From: Chrysomallon squamiferum
Taxonomy: Eukaryota; Animalia; Mollusca
Length of the DNA stretch: 64,000 bases
Reading direction: 5' to 3'
Assembly: GCA_012295275.1 (NCBI GenBank)
Contig: CM022670.1
Span: 21,948,001 to 22,012,000, forward strand
The translations under genes and the position numbers were made by a program. Every line of letters begins with the position of its first letter. Within the stretch, counting starts at the first letter, position 1. Positions 34,341 to 63,754 of the stretch are shown one piece after another. The notes below the pieces were generated by a model. That model did not search any database. It saw nothing but the letters and a program-made list of their open reading frames with translations, and was not told where the DNA came from.

Positions 34341-35443
34341 AAAAAAATTCTAATTTTACAGTCAATATAAATATACTGTTGTAAAATGAATATAACTGTA
34401 AGACAATAATCACTGAAATATTGATCGTGCTAATAGACTAAACCATTAATTATTTATTAAGTCATTAAATGTGTATTGACAAATTAACTGTTTTCTTTTA
34501 AGTTCAGTACTTCCTGTATTTACTGAGTTTAACAAACATTTGCTAGATAACCACTCTCTATCAGAATAACGCTTGTAGACAAATATTTTTCAATAGTTTT
34601 AAAAAGTGTATTAAAAAATAAAACTATACAAAATTACCAACAAGGATGAGTTCTGTATCAAATGTTAGTTTTATTGTATGTCGAATAATTAAATCTGTCG
34701 AATTTATTATAATATTTTACAGAAATTATGTCAAATTAAAATCACATAGGAAGAATATTAAAACTTCAAATGCATCAACATTAGGCACATTACATTAACT
34801 TCAAAGTTAAGAAGATTACGCAAAACTGTTAAGTAATATGTAAAACCATTACACTTTGGTTTCAAATCAGTTCCTATAATACACATGTAACAGCTATCTA
34901 CAAAGATTTTTTTAAAAGCTTCAACAATCAAAGAAAGAAAATGAAAACTAAAATGAATTGACAAGTGTGAGCTAAACAAAGTCAGTTAACAGTGATCACT
35001 GTTCTTATGCTCAATATGTACAAATATTTTTCTGTATTTAATAAAATATATTTAAAAAAATATATAGAACAGAATATAAAATTACAATGAAGAATGAGTT
35101 CTGTATCAAACGTCAGTTTTGTAGTACGTCGAATAATTAAATCTGTAGAATTTAGATATACTATTTTACAGAAATTATGTCAAATCAAAAACACACAGGA
35201 AAATTATTTAAAATTACAAATGTATGAATATTAGGCACAATTACATTCATTTAAAAATTATGAAGATTATGTAAAACTTGTGTCTATAAATGTCTTCAAC
35301 AAAAAGCTTCGCCAGTTAGAAAGCAAAATGAAAACAAAAGTTAATTGATAATCAAGAGCTAAACGTAGTGAGTTAATTATATTAACTGTTTTAGAATGAT
35401 ATGTACACATGTAAATATGTACACATCTACACACAGACAATCT

Positions 35444-50198
<14,755 letters not shown>

Positions 50199-50504
50199 GC
50201 TGTGTTAAACTAGACTTTCCCTTAGCTACATTTACTGACCAAAATAGAATGAACAAATATTTATTAAATATATGAATACCAACAGCGTACACACATACGT
50301 AATGACATACGGACACACATATATAAAATATCATACATACATCACAATTTTGCAGTGCTCACAAATATTACTATAACAAATTATTTCGTTATAGTAATCA
50401 TTTTGGCGGCATTGAGAGTTGCAAACACATAGTTAAGTATATATTATAGATACATTATAAATATATACGGATGTACATTCCTATGAAAGTACACACACAC
50501 TATG

Positions 50505-50610
50505 AAAATACATAGATACATACACACATACACACATAGATACATACATACATACATACACACATATATACATACATACATACATACATATATATACATA
50601 CATACATACA

Positions 50611-50642
<32 letters not shown>

Positions 50643-50775
50643 CATACATACATACATACATACATACATACACACATATATACATACATACATATATACA
50701 TATATATACATACATACATACATACATACATACATACATACACACACACATATATACATACATACATATATACAT
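50505..50775. repeat. (TACA)n-type microsatellite, representative of many SSRs
   Basis: Others: (GATA)n about 4973-5090 and 6438-6575; (TAA)n about 8001-8115; (GA)n about 8468-8582, 16569-16655, 32066-32186, 49274-49414, 51493-51605; (TACA)n about 23600-23757. Confidence 0.95.
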
Positions 50776-51258
50776 ATGTTGTTCTTCAAGGCGTAGACGC
50801 TTAGTCAACGTTTACTGTCACATTATGTGTATTGTTCCTTCTTTCTCCTCGGTGCAAACTGAATATACATATGATTAACTGGGTCACACTGCAGACATAC
50901 TCTGTGTCACTCTTCATTCACTGTATAAACAGTAGTCTATGAAATACTTTTATCAAATAAAACACAGCTATAATAATAATAATAATAACAATAATAATAA
51001 TAATGATAATAATGATAATAATAATAATATTAATATAGTAATAATGGTAGTAGAAGCAGAAGTACTAGTAGTAGTAATAGTAATAACAATAACAGTAGTA
51101 GTAGAGAGACGTAGTGATAAGAGTAGTAGTAGTAGTAGTAGGAGGTGGAGTAGTGATGGTGGTGGTGTAGGTAGTTTTGGTTTGTTGTAATATCAGTAGC
51201 AACAATAATAATATCGGAAGTATTCTTGCACGTGAAAACAAATATATTAGCACAAAAT

Positions 51259-51384
51259 TACAAATAACGGCTATATTATCTTTTTTAGTCAAGACTAAAG
51301 TGTTTGAAAGTTTTGAAGTAATAAATTTAAAACTTTCAAACACTTTAGTCTTGACTAAAAAAGATAATATAGCCGTTATTTGTA
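51259..51384. repeat. Perfect inverted repeat, 56-bp arms, 14-bp spacer
   Basis: 51259-51314 is the exact reverse complement of 51329-51384; spacer gaagtaataaattt. Confidence 0.95.
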
Positions 51385-51493
51385 CAGTTTTTTTCTTCTG
51401 TGTGTGAGTTGCATCTATATTCTTAGTGTCAGTGTTTGAATGTGTGTGGGCGTGTGTGTATGTGTGTGTGTGTATGTGTGAGTGTGTTTGTGT

Positions 51494-51607
<114 letters not shown>

Positions 51608-51655
51608 AAAAACGGAAAATATAAATATGGTTTAACATTTTTTGTTTTTCTACAA

Positions 51656-51799
51656 AGTGTTCACTCGGGAAATATGGTAAAAACTGCCAACAAAGCAGTG
51701 CTGAAAGACGTTGCTATGATAGCCAGAGATGTATCTTCGAGAGTCGGAAATGTTTTGATGGGTGCGTTAATGGCTGGCAGCGTGTGGTCTGTAACAAAG
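51656..51799 (+). pseudogene. Inverted (plus-strand) EGF-like pseudo-exon
   Basis: 144 nt, the same length as the CPLG-type EGF exons; reads (E)CSLGKYGKNCQQSSAERRCYDSQRCIFESRKCFDGCVNGWQRVVCNK with GT donor at 51800; expected acceptor AG reads AA and one Cys is Ser. Confidence 0.75.
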
Positions 51800-51901
51800 G
51801 TAAACAAGAGCTCACATGCACACTGTTATAATGATAAATAATGTACATGACATTATATCCATGTACACATATGTGGGTGTGTGTACACAAACGTATGTAT
51901 G

Positions 51902-51935
<34 letters not shown>

Positions 51936-52144
51936 GGTGTGGGTGTGGGTGTGTGTCATAATCACAAATCTTTCGTACCAATATAGATTATGTATGTCGG
52001 TTTTGGAAATAAAATAAATATATTTTAATATATTTACTTCAAGTTCTCACACAGGCAAGAAGAAAGACACTGAAAGATAGAAAAACAAACGACAGAAAAG
52101 AATTAAATGCATAGACATACTTATTAAACAGTAAATACGGATGT

Positions 52145-53045
52145 GTCAAATTCAAGGCTGAATGTGAAAGATTATGCATAATTAATCATTTAATTTTTAT
52201 TACAGTTTTGTTCACAACATACACCTGTCACTTTTATTTATTTCCTTTTTTCGCTTTATTTTCTGATTTTCGATTTTGTCTTTATTAGAAATTCCATTAA
52301 TAAAGTAAACTGATATGTTATCTCATTCTGCTTTTAAACATATAGTAAATTAAAAAATAGTTCTTAAGAATTTTTTTGTTTTTGAAAAAAGTTCACCCTT
52401 AAATTATTTAAAAAAATAATAATAATAATAATAAAATAAAATAATAAAAAAGGATATAAAAAAGAAGATTTATTTCAACGGGTTTTTTAAATAAAGTTGC
52501 AGGATCTATTGAATAAAGTGTTAACTTTATAATGACCTGAATCAAGATAGACATACTGAATAAAATATTCTTTTTGACCCGTTTCAACTGATATAAAACC
52601 AACGTGTTTGTAATTCCTTATCAGTAAGAGTTGTCGTTACTGAACAAGTGATTTTTCTGTACTTTTGCTGTCCTCCTGCAGACGATTGTATAGAGTTGTC
52701 GACCCTAAAGAGTTATCTTTAATGGATGCATGGGTCGCGCAATACCGCTTAACTCAAATGCTGACTAAACAGTAAATTCAAGGCTGAATGTGACAGATTA
52801 TGCATAATTAACCATTTCCGAATTATTATTATTATTATTATTTGTAGCAGTAGTAAAAGTAGTAGTTGTAGTAGTAGTAGTTTAATTTGTATTACAATTT
52901 TGTTCACAACATACAGCTGTCACTTTTACTTATTTCCTTTACTCGCTTTATTTTCGGATTTTAGATTTTGTCTTTATTAGAAATTCCATTAACGAAGTAA
53001 AATGATATATTATATCATTCTGCTTTTAAACATGTAGTACATTAA
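52145..53045. repeat. Short duplicated block (about 52145-52355 vs 52773-53045)
   Basis: Both start aaattcaaggctgaatgtga and run to cattctgcttttaaacat. Confidence 0.7.
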
Positions 53046-53395
53046 AAAATCCTTCTCAGTTCGAGAATTCACCATTTCTGAAAATAAATTGGTAACGAGC
53101 GCAACTGGTGGCCATCAGTATTACTATCTAAAGATGAAATTATTATTAATAGTAGTATTCTGCATCCTCAGCATTATCATAAAATACTGTCGTTGTTGCA
53201 TTGTAGTCGTGAAGTGTAGTAGTTATTGCAGTCGTGGTGGTAGTAGTATCAGTAGCAACAACAGAAATGGTATTAGCAGCAGCAGTTCTAGTAATAGTAG
53301 CAATAGTTGTAGTAGTAGTAATAACAGTAGTATAAGTAGTAGTAGTAGTAATAATAATACTAATAATAATAACAGTAATATTAGTAGTAGTAGCC

Positions 53396-53436
<41 letters not shown>

Positions 53437-53715
53437 TGAAGTATTGCGGTCTACATCCTTGTTATTCTATTTTAATAATAATTTTTATTATCATTATTAT
53501 TATTATTATTGTTAGTATTATTGTTATTACTACTACTGCTGCTGCTGCTGCTGCTACTACTACTACTACTACTATTAATATTGTCGTTTTTGTTGTTCTT
53601 CTTGTTTTTCTTGTCACTTAATTTGATCCTGGTGAACAGCCACTTTTATATTGTCTATGTTATCAGTGATACGGTAATAAGATATCAAAACACATTAGTA
53701 ACCTGTATTTAAGAG

Positions 53716-53746
<31 letters not shown>

Positions 53747-55307
53747 TATCATGATTACTGTCATGTGACTATAATCTGTAACATAGCCAGATCACTTTAA
53801 TACTGTGTCGATTTCTTACTGCCAGTGAGATATTTTGTAAGTGACTTCAATTCGTCTATGAATCGTAGTAAAATATATCTGTGCTATAGCCATACATATG
53901 AAAGTGTCAACAATATCACGATCCTGTGTCATTATGTTAGTGATAGATAGTATGTCTTTTCCAGTAGTTTATTACACAGTATTTTATTAGCAGTACAGTA
54001 GTTTTTATGTAATTCTGTAACTCCTTGATATTTCTTTATAATGTGTTATGTATCACAGTGACTAACAGATGTGTAGCTGAGTCACACAACTTCACACAGA
54101 ATCAAACGCGACGTTCAGATCAGACGCTAATATAATATAATATAATACAATATAATATAATATAATATAGCATGATATAATACGACATAATATAATATAA
54201 TATAATATAATATAATATAATATAATATTATATAATATAATACAATATAATATATCGAACTGATATTTATCCTCAAAAATTCAAGTATTGTTCTATGTTG
54301 TTCTACAGGATAGGAGAGTGTCACCAGCTGTGCACTATCACAAATACCTTGTTGTTCTTCTTTTTATCATAATATTCTACTGGAGTATAGTAGTTTCTGA
54401 GTTAGTTTACAGAAGTGGTATTTCTCAAAACTCTTCCTTTAAGACGTAGATGAATGACAAGGAGGATGAGGATCACATAAACAAACAGTAACAAGTAAGA
54501 TAAAATTATATTTACTTAATCTTTAAACAGACAATGACAAAAATAAAAATAAATAAAGTCTGGATCTTAATAAACAAAATATATCTTTATTTCTGAAATA
54601 TTTTTTATTTTAATAATATATTTCCATGATACACATTCTCTATCTGGAAGAAATTCAATAATGGTTTGCCATAAACTAATAAATCAGCACAATAAGTATA
54701 TACAAAAATGATGTGAACAAGATAAACGTTATAGAAAAGAAACAGGATAATTTACACATATACATGAACGAACTTTTTCTCGTGCATCAGAGTTCTGTAA
54801 ATAAGAGAAATAATGAGATAAATGGGTCAGTAAGGAAAATGTTATCAAATGTTTTCCAGATTATTTCCATAAACATTGTGTAAGATACTTTGAGCTGTCT
54901 AACATATATTTCGAATTACCTATTAACTATCATTAAATGAATGTGTTGAGTAATATTTAGTAAATTCAATTTGTTTTGAAAACAAAGAAAAACCCAAAAT
55001 CAATACAAAAAAGAAAAATAGAAGAAAAAAAAGAAATTAAAGAAAGGAAAAGAGAAAATAAGAGAAAAAAAACAAAAAGAAAACAGCAGCATAATAAAAG
55101 CAAAAAGAAGAAGAAGCAAAATGGTTAAAAAACAACAACAACGAATCAAACAATCCAATCACAAAACTTTCGTTGTCTAGGACATCATTATTTTCGGAAA
55201 TATTTTCATCATGTTAACAAAATTACGCCTGCTAGGTTTCTGTCTCTAAAAACAGGTTCAATGTATTTCTATGTTGTCTGGAAATGTACAGAAAATCGTG
55301 GAAGTGT

Positions 55308-58300
55308 TTATATCTTACTCATTTGCTCGTATGCAGATCCTTGATCAAAAGTTTCAACTTGCAAAGCGTCGTAATCATTTGTCTCTTGTTGGTTGTCGTC
55401 TGTGTTGTGTTGTGTGTTGTCACCATCAAGCTGTCCTGCACATTTTCTTTTACATCTGGAAGATTTCTGGTCTGACGCAGGGGCTGCATCGACATCGTCG
55501 TCAACAGCTTCGTATACTGGAGCGTTTGTCGTTGCTGTTGTGGATTGGATATTCTGACTTTTAAAAAAAGACACAGCTGCTTCCTTCGATTTCGTCGTTG
55601 TTCTTTTGCTCCTGAAATTATTTATATACATAAATCAACAAAATTTAATTAATCGTGTTTTAAGTCAGTTTATGATTTACTTTCCTAACACATATTATCA
55701 AATGTTTGGTCGATATATTACGTATCTTGAGACAGAGATATTTAATCATTAATAAATATCTGAATGTAATGTTTGTTTATTACAGTAAATACTGTATAAC
55801 ATATTAAATTATTTACTTACCTAATAACTAGAATAAGTGCAGCTGCACTTAAAATCAAGGCTAAAACTGTGAGACATGAGAAAAAGATAATAACACTATC
55901 TGTGATTATTTGTTGTAAAACTGAAAACAAAATTCAACAAAACAATTATTATAGTTTAATCAAATTTAAGTCACAAAAAAAACGCGAAAGATTACGTTTG
56001 TAAATGTATTTATTAAATAACAATACATTTTTTTATATATAAAATAAGAAGAAAACAAAATAATATTCTACTAAGCGACAACCATGACTGAGAGGAATAT
56101 AATACATATTGTTACCTGTATTACAAGATATACCCTGCCACCCGGCCACGCACCCATCAACGCATAATCCTGCCATAAAATCACATTTCTGGTTACCATG
56201 GCAATGTCGGTCAGCGCAGATCTGGAGGCAGCCTTCACCATACATGCCAAGAGGGCACTCTGTGATTGAAACGTGTAAACCAGTATTAATTATCTTTTAA
56301 AAACACAAACGTACGTTCTTGTACGTGCCTAAATACCTTGTTAAAAACAAATATAATAAAAGACAGTATTACATAAACACACACTTACGAGCATATTCCG
56401 TACGTGCATACACAAATACAAATATACATGCAAAACAGTAGACACAAAATTATATCATTCATGGAACAGTTTGATTACTCATGGTCTCTCATTTTCATTC
56501 TTTTATTGTTATTTTATGTAAACAATTTATGAAGAATATGTGAACAATCTCTGTTCACAGCAAATGGACATCGGATTGAAAAGAAAATCTCGATGCCAGT
56601 TACGACAGATGTGATGCATATTTAGTTCTAGCCATTAAACCAAATCCAAGCTAAAACTCTAAAAAATCCAAGGTTGTACCACCGTTAGGGTAATTATTTG
56701 TTCCGTGATAAAAAGCCACGTATTAGGCATTTGAATTAGTGAGCTAAGTAAAAGCTGAAAACAATGTGTGCTAGAAGTAAACATTTCAACTATGATTTGT
56801 GTAACACGAAGCATTGCTCGCTTTAACTCACCGTATACTTCAACTTCTAGAAAAAGCAAGGTCGTACCAGTGAGGCTGCCATGGTCTGTTCCTTGATAAA
56901 CAGTCACGTTTCTGGCATTAACATTACACGTGAAACTCACGACATCAGGAATATCAGTAACAGTACCACACAGATGTCCTGTGTTAGATGAATTCACTGC
57001 TGTGTTTGTGTAGATCTGTACTCCGAGTCTTCGCCACTCATCTAAACAGATCAGTAACTTTGAAATGAAATAACTGTTTAGAAAATGTATTTCTTATCCC
57101 AATTTAATATTAAAAAAATACTAATTATACTTGTCTATGGACTTCGCGAATCTATCTACTCTTAATGAGATGACAGTTGTTGATACCTTGTCAGCTGGTG
57201 TGATAACAATTTTGCGGTTTTTCTGTAGATTGTTTATATTAGGCGGTTCCATAACCAACATATTTTTGTTTAATCGAATAAAGCATGAAATTTCGAATAT
57301 TTCCATTCATATTTTTGGTGACGTTTTGGCTGCGTTTAAGAAATAACTATCGTTTCCAGCTATATTTACAATATGTGTACCTAATCCTATAATATTATTA
57401 TAATGAATTTCTTCTTTACCTGAAGTTAGTACACCTTTATTGATAGATTATTTTGATCATTGATTACCTGAAACTCGTTATTAAGGATTGCCTCTGTATT
57501 GTTTAGGTCTCTCAAAGTTCTAGTGGCCAAATAAATTTGCTTTAAATATGATTTTTTTTTCTTGACTTGCCAAAAGTTTAAAAACACACACATATATATA
57601 TGTATATATATTTGTAGACACAACAGTTTCCTTTTGCTATGATTTTCCATATAGAACTACCTTATTTCATAACTCACTTATTTTCTATAGGTTAATTTTC
57701 TTTTTATTATTTATGACCATTGATCTAAAAGTATTAAAGTTAAGACTCAGATAGAATTATATTTGTAGTTGAGGACGTTTACTTAAGTTAAGCAGTGATA
57801 GATTTGAGAATCTTTAAAACAAAAGGGTGTCATCATTAAATAGTACGTTTAGACGGTGTATCTGTCTGTGGTGATAATGGACTCTATTTTTGTCAGTTTG
57901 CCTGGCTGTACCGTATTATCTTTAACTTGATCAAAGTCTGGCTGTTTTCTTCTTCATTATTATTTTAAATTTAAGATTTTTAGATACTTTAATTAGTAAA
58001 TTTATTGTCCGATTGCCCAAATTTTTGTTCATTTGTGCTGAACATTAGGTTAATTGTTTTTAGTGCTGGCTTTATGAACGAGTTTAATTCTTGCCTTACT
58101 TTAGACGGCTCTAGATAGAGCAGAATGTGCATGATTCTCCTCAAGGAGTTTAATATTAAGTAAGATGAATGCATATTATGAAAGTATTTATGTATACATA
58201 TATGATGTATGATTGTATCTAGGTTTTATGTATGTAGGTATGTATTCATATCTATTCATATTACATATATCTGTTTTTATGCTGTATAATTATATGATTT

Positions 58301-60217
58301 ATGTTATTAAAAAAGTAAAAAATAAAAAGATACAGAAGAAAAAAGAGATAAAGGCAACGAAACATATTTACGTACCTTCCTCTCTGAAATGCATTTTCAC
58401 TTGTTGAACAAAGTACAGTTCTCCTAGATCCACTTCCCACCACGTGTAAGGCTGATATATCCCTGTGTGTATAAAATTGTTTCCATTCTGTTCAGTTTCT
58501 CCGTCCACAGCTAGTGATGCACTGCGTTGTGACATGTACTCGTCTGAGTAGTAAGAACTCTGGTAGGCTGGCTTATGTAGAGCTGCATTTTCTGTAGTAA
58601 ACGACAAACAAACAAGTAAACATATAATCAGTAATATCAGCTTGTATAAAAATAAATGAATTCTACATATTCATATACTTATTAGATTTCATACACGTTA
58701 CTCATTTTCCTTTCATACTTTCTATGTACTACCAGTCATTAAAAGATAACACAAATAGAAGAAAACAGTACAAATAGGCATTAAACTAAGAGTTTACTTT
58801 ATTGTTTTTTCTCAGAAATACAAGATGCGCCGCGCTACTTTTATTTATTTCGCCACAACCTGCAGTGACTTCGCTTCTCTCCTTCACTTATTATATTTGA
58901 TACACTGAGTATAATTTTCTGTAATATAATTACTGCAGGTGTAGAACTACCATTGTATTTTAGGTATAAATAGTCAGATATATCAATTCGAAAAACACAT
59001 ACCTTTTATGTTCTGTTTTATCCATAACATGCCATAATTTAACATTGAATTCTAAACTAAAATGCGAGATTTTATACTTAATTTACGTAATTCTCTGGAT
59101 TTTAAGTTCAGATGTATCATTTTACAGATTAGTCATCTGAAGCATATTTTATATCAAAATGTTTGTATTTAATACACAGTGATCTCGGAAATTTGTTTTT
59201 TGAAACCTACTGTAGACCAATCGTTATTTACCACACACATTTAATAAGTCTAGACATACACTAATATAATTATAGTGTTATATGTGTGTCTTTGTACGTG
59301 CGTCTCTACACTTTTGTACACACTGATACAAAATATTTCAGAATGGGTCTCTGCAAACTGCTATGATAATTTATCTCTTTTCGAAAATAAAATAAAATAA
59401 ATAACAACAACGGGGAAAAAAATCACGGATTCAATTCATTATTGTACTAACACTTATGTTGTCCACGTAAATTGTAAGATGTTTTGGAAACAAAGAAATA
59501 CTTCAAAAGTTAACATATTTTTTCCGTTCGTGCATTATATAACAACGTTAAAAACTGTACACATCATCTTTCAAATGACAAAGAAACAAAAACAAAAACA
59601 AAACGAAACGAAACAAACAGTTGATAAATTATTACGACTGTAATTCTAACAGAAAACCAAATATATAAATAATTTCTAAAACGCCACTGACTATTACATC
59701 TGAAATAGATCAGGATTATCTAGAACGTAAAAGAAGCATGTAAAATACATGAACAACTCTGCAACAAGAACATCACTAATAGGTATTATCATAAAACAAA
59801 TAAAACAAATTAAAACAAAAAAACTTGTTCATGAAACAGATGGCAAAGAATGTAGTTAGAGAGTGGCTATTCTGGTAATAGATTTTAAACAATGCTCAAA
59901 ATTATAAATAATATCATAAAATTAATTTAAAATAGTAACACAAGGAAGCAGGGAAATATCACGTGTTATCAAACGATTTGCTATAATCTATATATGTGTT
60001 TATACATCAGCACTAGATGTGGAGATTAATTGATAATCATAGATGAAAAGCTTATTTATAAATAATTATAAACCTCAGTGTTTCCTGCTAACATCTAAAC
60101 GTAATTTTGTCTCGTACAGTTAATCAGAATTAACTTACCAAACTCTGCGAATATCTTAACATGAGATATAAAAATGAAACACACAGTAACAGTGAAAAAT
60201 GTGCACATTGCAGCCAT
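55308..60217 (-). CDS. Gene E: divergent F-type lectin + 1 EGF-like + TM + YxxL/YxxM tail receptor (about 350 aa)
   Basis: Exons: leader 60139-60217 (MAAMCTFFTVTVCFIFISHVKIFAEF); FTLD 58376-58591 and 56832-57041; EGF 56116-56259; TM 55821-55920; tail 55308-55611 (YEAV..YDAL-x10-YEQM). Total 1053 nt, in frame. Confidence 0.88.
57050..58170 (-). mobile_element. Degraded Penelope-like retroelement fragment in the gene E lectin intron
   Basis: Broken frames contain LQKNRKIVITPADKVSTTVI (PLE-type I.PADKG..V motif) and LLNLSKRP...LSLNF; absent from paralogous introns. Boundaries approximate. Confidence 0.5.
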
Positions 60218-62057
60218 GCTGTGTTAGTCCTGCCAACTAGGAAGTATTTTATTTCTAGACTCTGTCTTTCCTATTGTCTCCTTCCGTTTGTTTTCACATG
60301 GTGAATTGATGACGATGCAGATGATTATGTAAAAGACGCAAAACGCGTGTACATACTATTTTATATTTTTTTTAAATATACAAATGAGGAAGTCATCAGA
60401 AACGATAAAACATTTTTTTAATAAGAACGAAAAGGAAAACAACAACGACAAGTGAAAACCTACCTCATCATCCACAACAAAAATAGCAGTCACAATAATG
60501 ATTTTAAAAAAAAAATTGAATAGACGTATGTGCATGCATATATGTAGAGTTTTACATACTTAAAACATAGATTAATAAACACACAAAGATCTATAGTTAT
60601 ATGATTACATAGTGATACATAGAAACACACACACATATATACATATACCCACACATATATTTACACACAAGAACAACAATAACAACTCTTCAAGGAACAG
60701 ATAAAACTTATACAAGACATAATGTTTAATGTGGCAAAACCTGTTTTCTATAAATACACTTGTAAACGTTCACAGCTATTGTCAGTTGAATAAAACGTGA
60801 GTGGATTCAGGAAAAAGGTTCTCATATAAACTTGAGTGACACAGATCATTGTGTATGACGCTTAGAGTAGCTTGTTGTTTTGTGTGTTTGTTGTTTGCCT
60901 TTGTTTTGTTTTTGTTGTTTTTCTTCTTCTTTTTCGTGTATTTTATTTAGTTCAGATTTGAAACTAATGTAAAATAAATTGACACAGATAAACAGAAAGA
61001 TAGATATATAGATAGATGGATGGATGGATGGTATGATAAAGAGATTACCAGATAGACAGAAGAGTCACAGACAAAGAGGAATATATCAGTAAAGACAGAG
61101 AAATAAAGACTGTTAGGTTTAGTGCTATGAACAGAGAGAATGAATATAATAATACAATACATATTCAGAACAGCTGTGTGTATAGATCGTAGAATAAAAA
61201 ATAGATAAAACTGACTTCGACTGGTGTGCACACAACATGTGCGTGTTTGCATGCAAAAATACAATTTCAAAATAAAAATCTGTGGAACTAATTTATGAAT
61301 TGTAAAATAGACCGTTCATTTTCCAGTGTACACAAGACCGAAGTATAATTTATAACCATTGAAAACAACTACAATGATTTATTCTCATTCAAAGAAAAAA
61401 AAAAATAATAATAATAATAAAAAACAAATAACAACATCCTTTTAACTATACTTATTTATTAAGTAATCTGAAACAAAATGAGTCCACAAAAGTATTCTTG
61501 GAAGAAACATTAGATATAAACACATCGTCCATTACTTCCTATTTTTAAACACTTTAATAAACGTTTTCTAGCTAAGCACTCTCTATCATAATATAGCTTG
61601 AATGAAAAATATTTAAGAAATATATTTTAAAAAATGGAACAGAATATATAATTACAATGAAGAATAAACATTCTGTCACACTTCAGTGAAGAATGAGCTC
61701 TGTATCAAACGTCAGTTTTGTAGTATGTCGAATAATTAAATGTGCAGAATTTATCTATACTATTTTACAGAAATTATGTCAAATAAAAAAAACAGGAAAA
61801 TTATTTAAAATATTACATTCATTTCAGATTGATAAAGATTATGTAAAACTGTCAGTTAACATGTAGACAGTTTGGTTTAAATTCACCTTGTGTAAAACAA
61901 ATGTGACTGCTGTCTATAAAAGTCTTCAACAAAAAGCTTCGCCAATTAAAAACCAAAATGAAAACAAAATTTAACTGATAATCAAAAGCTAAACATAGTG
62001 AGTTAATTATATTAACTCTTTCAGAAGGATATGTACACATGCACACACAGACAATCT

Positions 62058-63225
62058 TCAGTTGTGAGATGTAGGACAGTTTGCATACACTGAGGAAGAT
62101 TCAAGATGGAGGAAAGCCAAGTTGCAGAAGAATACAAAGTCATCCTGAAATACACAGCGATATTTTTGTAAAAAACATTTATCTCTATCTGTCTGTCTGA
62201 TGTATAATTCTTACATTGATAAACCGAATATTCTGATCCGAAAATCAATAAAACATAAATTCTTATATTCTACGAAAAAGTTTTTATTTATATATTTATT
62301 TATTTATTTACTATTCTTATTTTTATCATTACTGATATTAGTTGTTATTGTACTAGCATTACATAAATCAAAATATTACAAATAACAAGTAACAATCTTT
62401 TGTTACCTGGATAGAAAGATGATCAGCACTTAATAAATATCATTTATAAGATAATTAAGGTTACATTTTAATAAGACACTACGGATTTTTACCTTGGTGA
62501 ATGTAACATTAGGAAGTATTGTTTGCAATCTTCTGATGTTGTTGAAGATCTCAACTTCTGTGTCGAGTTTAGTACCAAACAGAATGTTGTTTGCTATGCA
62601 CAGCGTTGTGACATTCTTAGCTTCACATTCTCTGAAACAAATAAGCAAAATAAATAAATAAATACAAATAATCACATGGACACAGATAAAGGCATCAGCA
62701 TTTTTCTTAAAATATATTAAACAATGAAACAGTACAGAAACTAACACTTACCTGTATACAAAAGTGACAGGATGAAACTTCTCTTTTTGTTGTTGTAATA
62801 TTTCACTGATTGTTCTCAGACAGGTTATCAGTGTTACAGAGTCAGTGGTTGGCAACCATCTGTGAATACAGTAATGTTGTATCTCTCGTTTTTCAGTATC
62901 ACCCTGAAAGTATTAAAGTATATAGTATATCTGATGAAGATAATAATCACTACACATTTTTTTATTTCTCTATGATGCAGGTTATAAACAAAATTTACGT
63001 ATTTCTGATGTACATAATAAACAATATATCTATGTGTGATTCATATAGGTAATAGACAATATTTATGTGTTTCTAATATAAATAGTAAACCATATTTACG
63101 TGTGTCTCAACTTCCAGTGTGTTTTCCATTATCTCGTGTGTCACTGAAGTCTGGTGAAGATTTCTCACTGTGACCTTTCCATATTTTACTGATTCGTTCT
63201 TCAGAGGAATCAAGTTTACGCCAGC
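62058..63225 (-). CDS. Gene F: 3' end (degenerate D2 domain) of a second receptor PTP paralogous to gene D; 5' part lies beyond the gap/window
   Basis: Exons 63100-63225, 62752-62903, 62493-62631, 62058-62144 match the last four exons of D in length (126, 152, 139, 87 nt) and sequence (..PVTFVYR ECEAKN.. SVYANCPTSHN stop). Confidence 0.85.
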
Positions 63226-63554
63226 CTGAAGATGAAAATGTTCGATATTACATACAAATGATAATAATATAAATAAAACTGAATAATGTTTAATAAAAAG
63301 TCCAATATTTTATTGAGAAACAGAATGATGATCACATTTGATGTATACTATTACTAATAAATAATAAAGCTTCAAAATATTTTAACAAAATTGTTATTTG
63401 TTTAGCAGAGAGAAATAAACAATAAAAATAATAAAAATGTAGCAGACAGTAAATTTAAGAAATGTACAGAATTACATATAATAACAAACTCACGATTCTC
63501 CTAACTCATCTAGTTTAATATACGTTATCAAATGTTATATACTGATCCTGAAGA

Positions 63555-63754
63555 NNNNNNNNNNNNNNNNNNNNNNNNNNNNNNNNNNNNNNNNNNNNNN
63601 NNNNNNNNNNNNNNNNNNNNNNNNNNNNNNNNNNNNNNNNNNNNNNNNNNNNNNNNNNNNNNNNNNNNNNNNNNNNNNNNNNNNNNNNNNNNNNNNNNNN
63701 NNNNNNNNNNNNNNNNNNNNNNNNNNNNNNNNNNNNNNNNNNNNNNNNNNNNNN
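63555..63754. other. Assembly gap (200 N)
   Basis: Run of N interrupting gene F. Confidence 1.
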
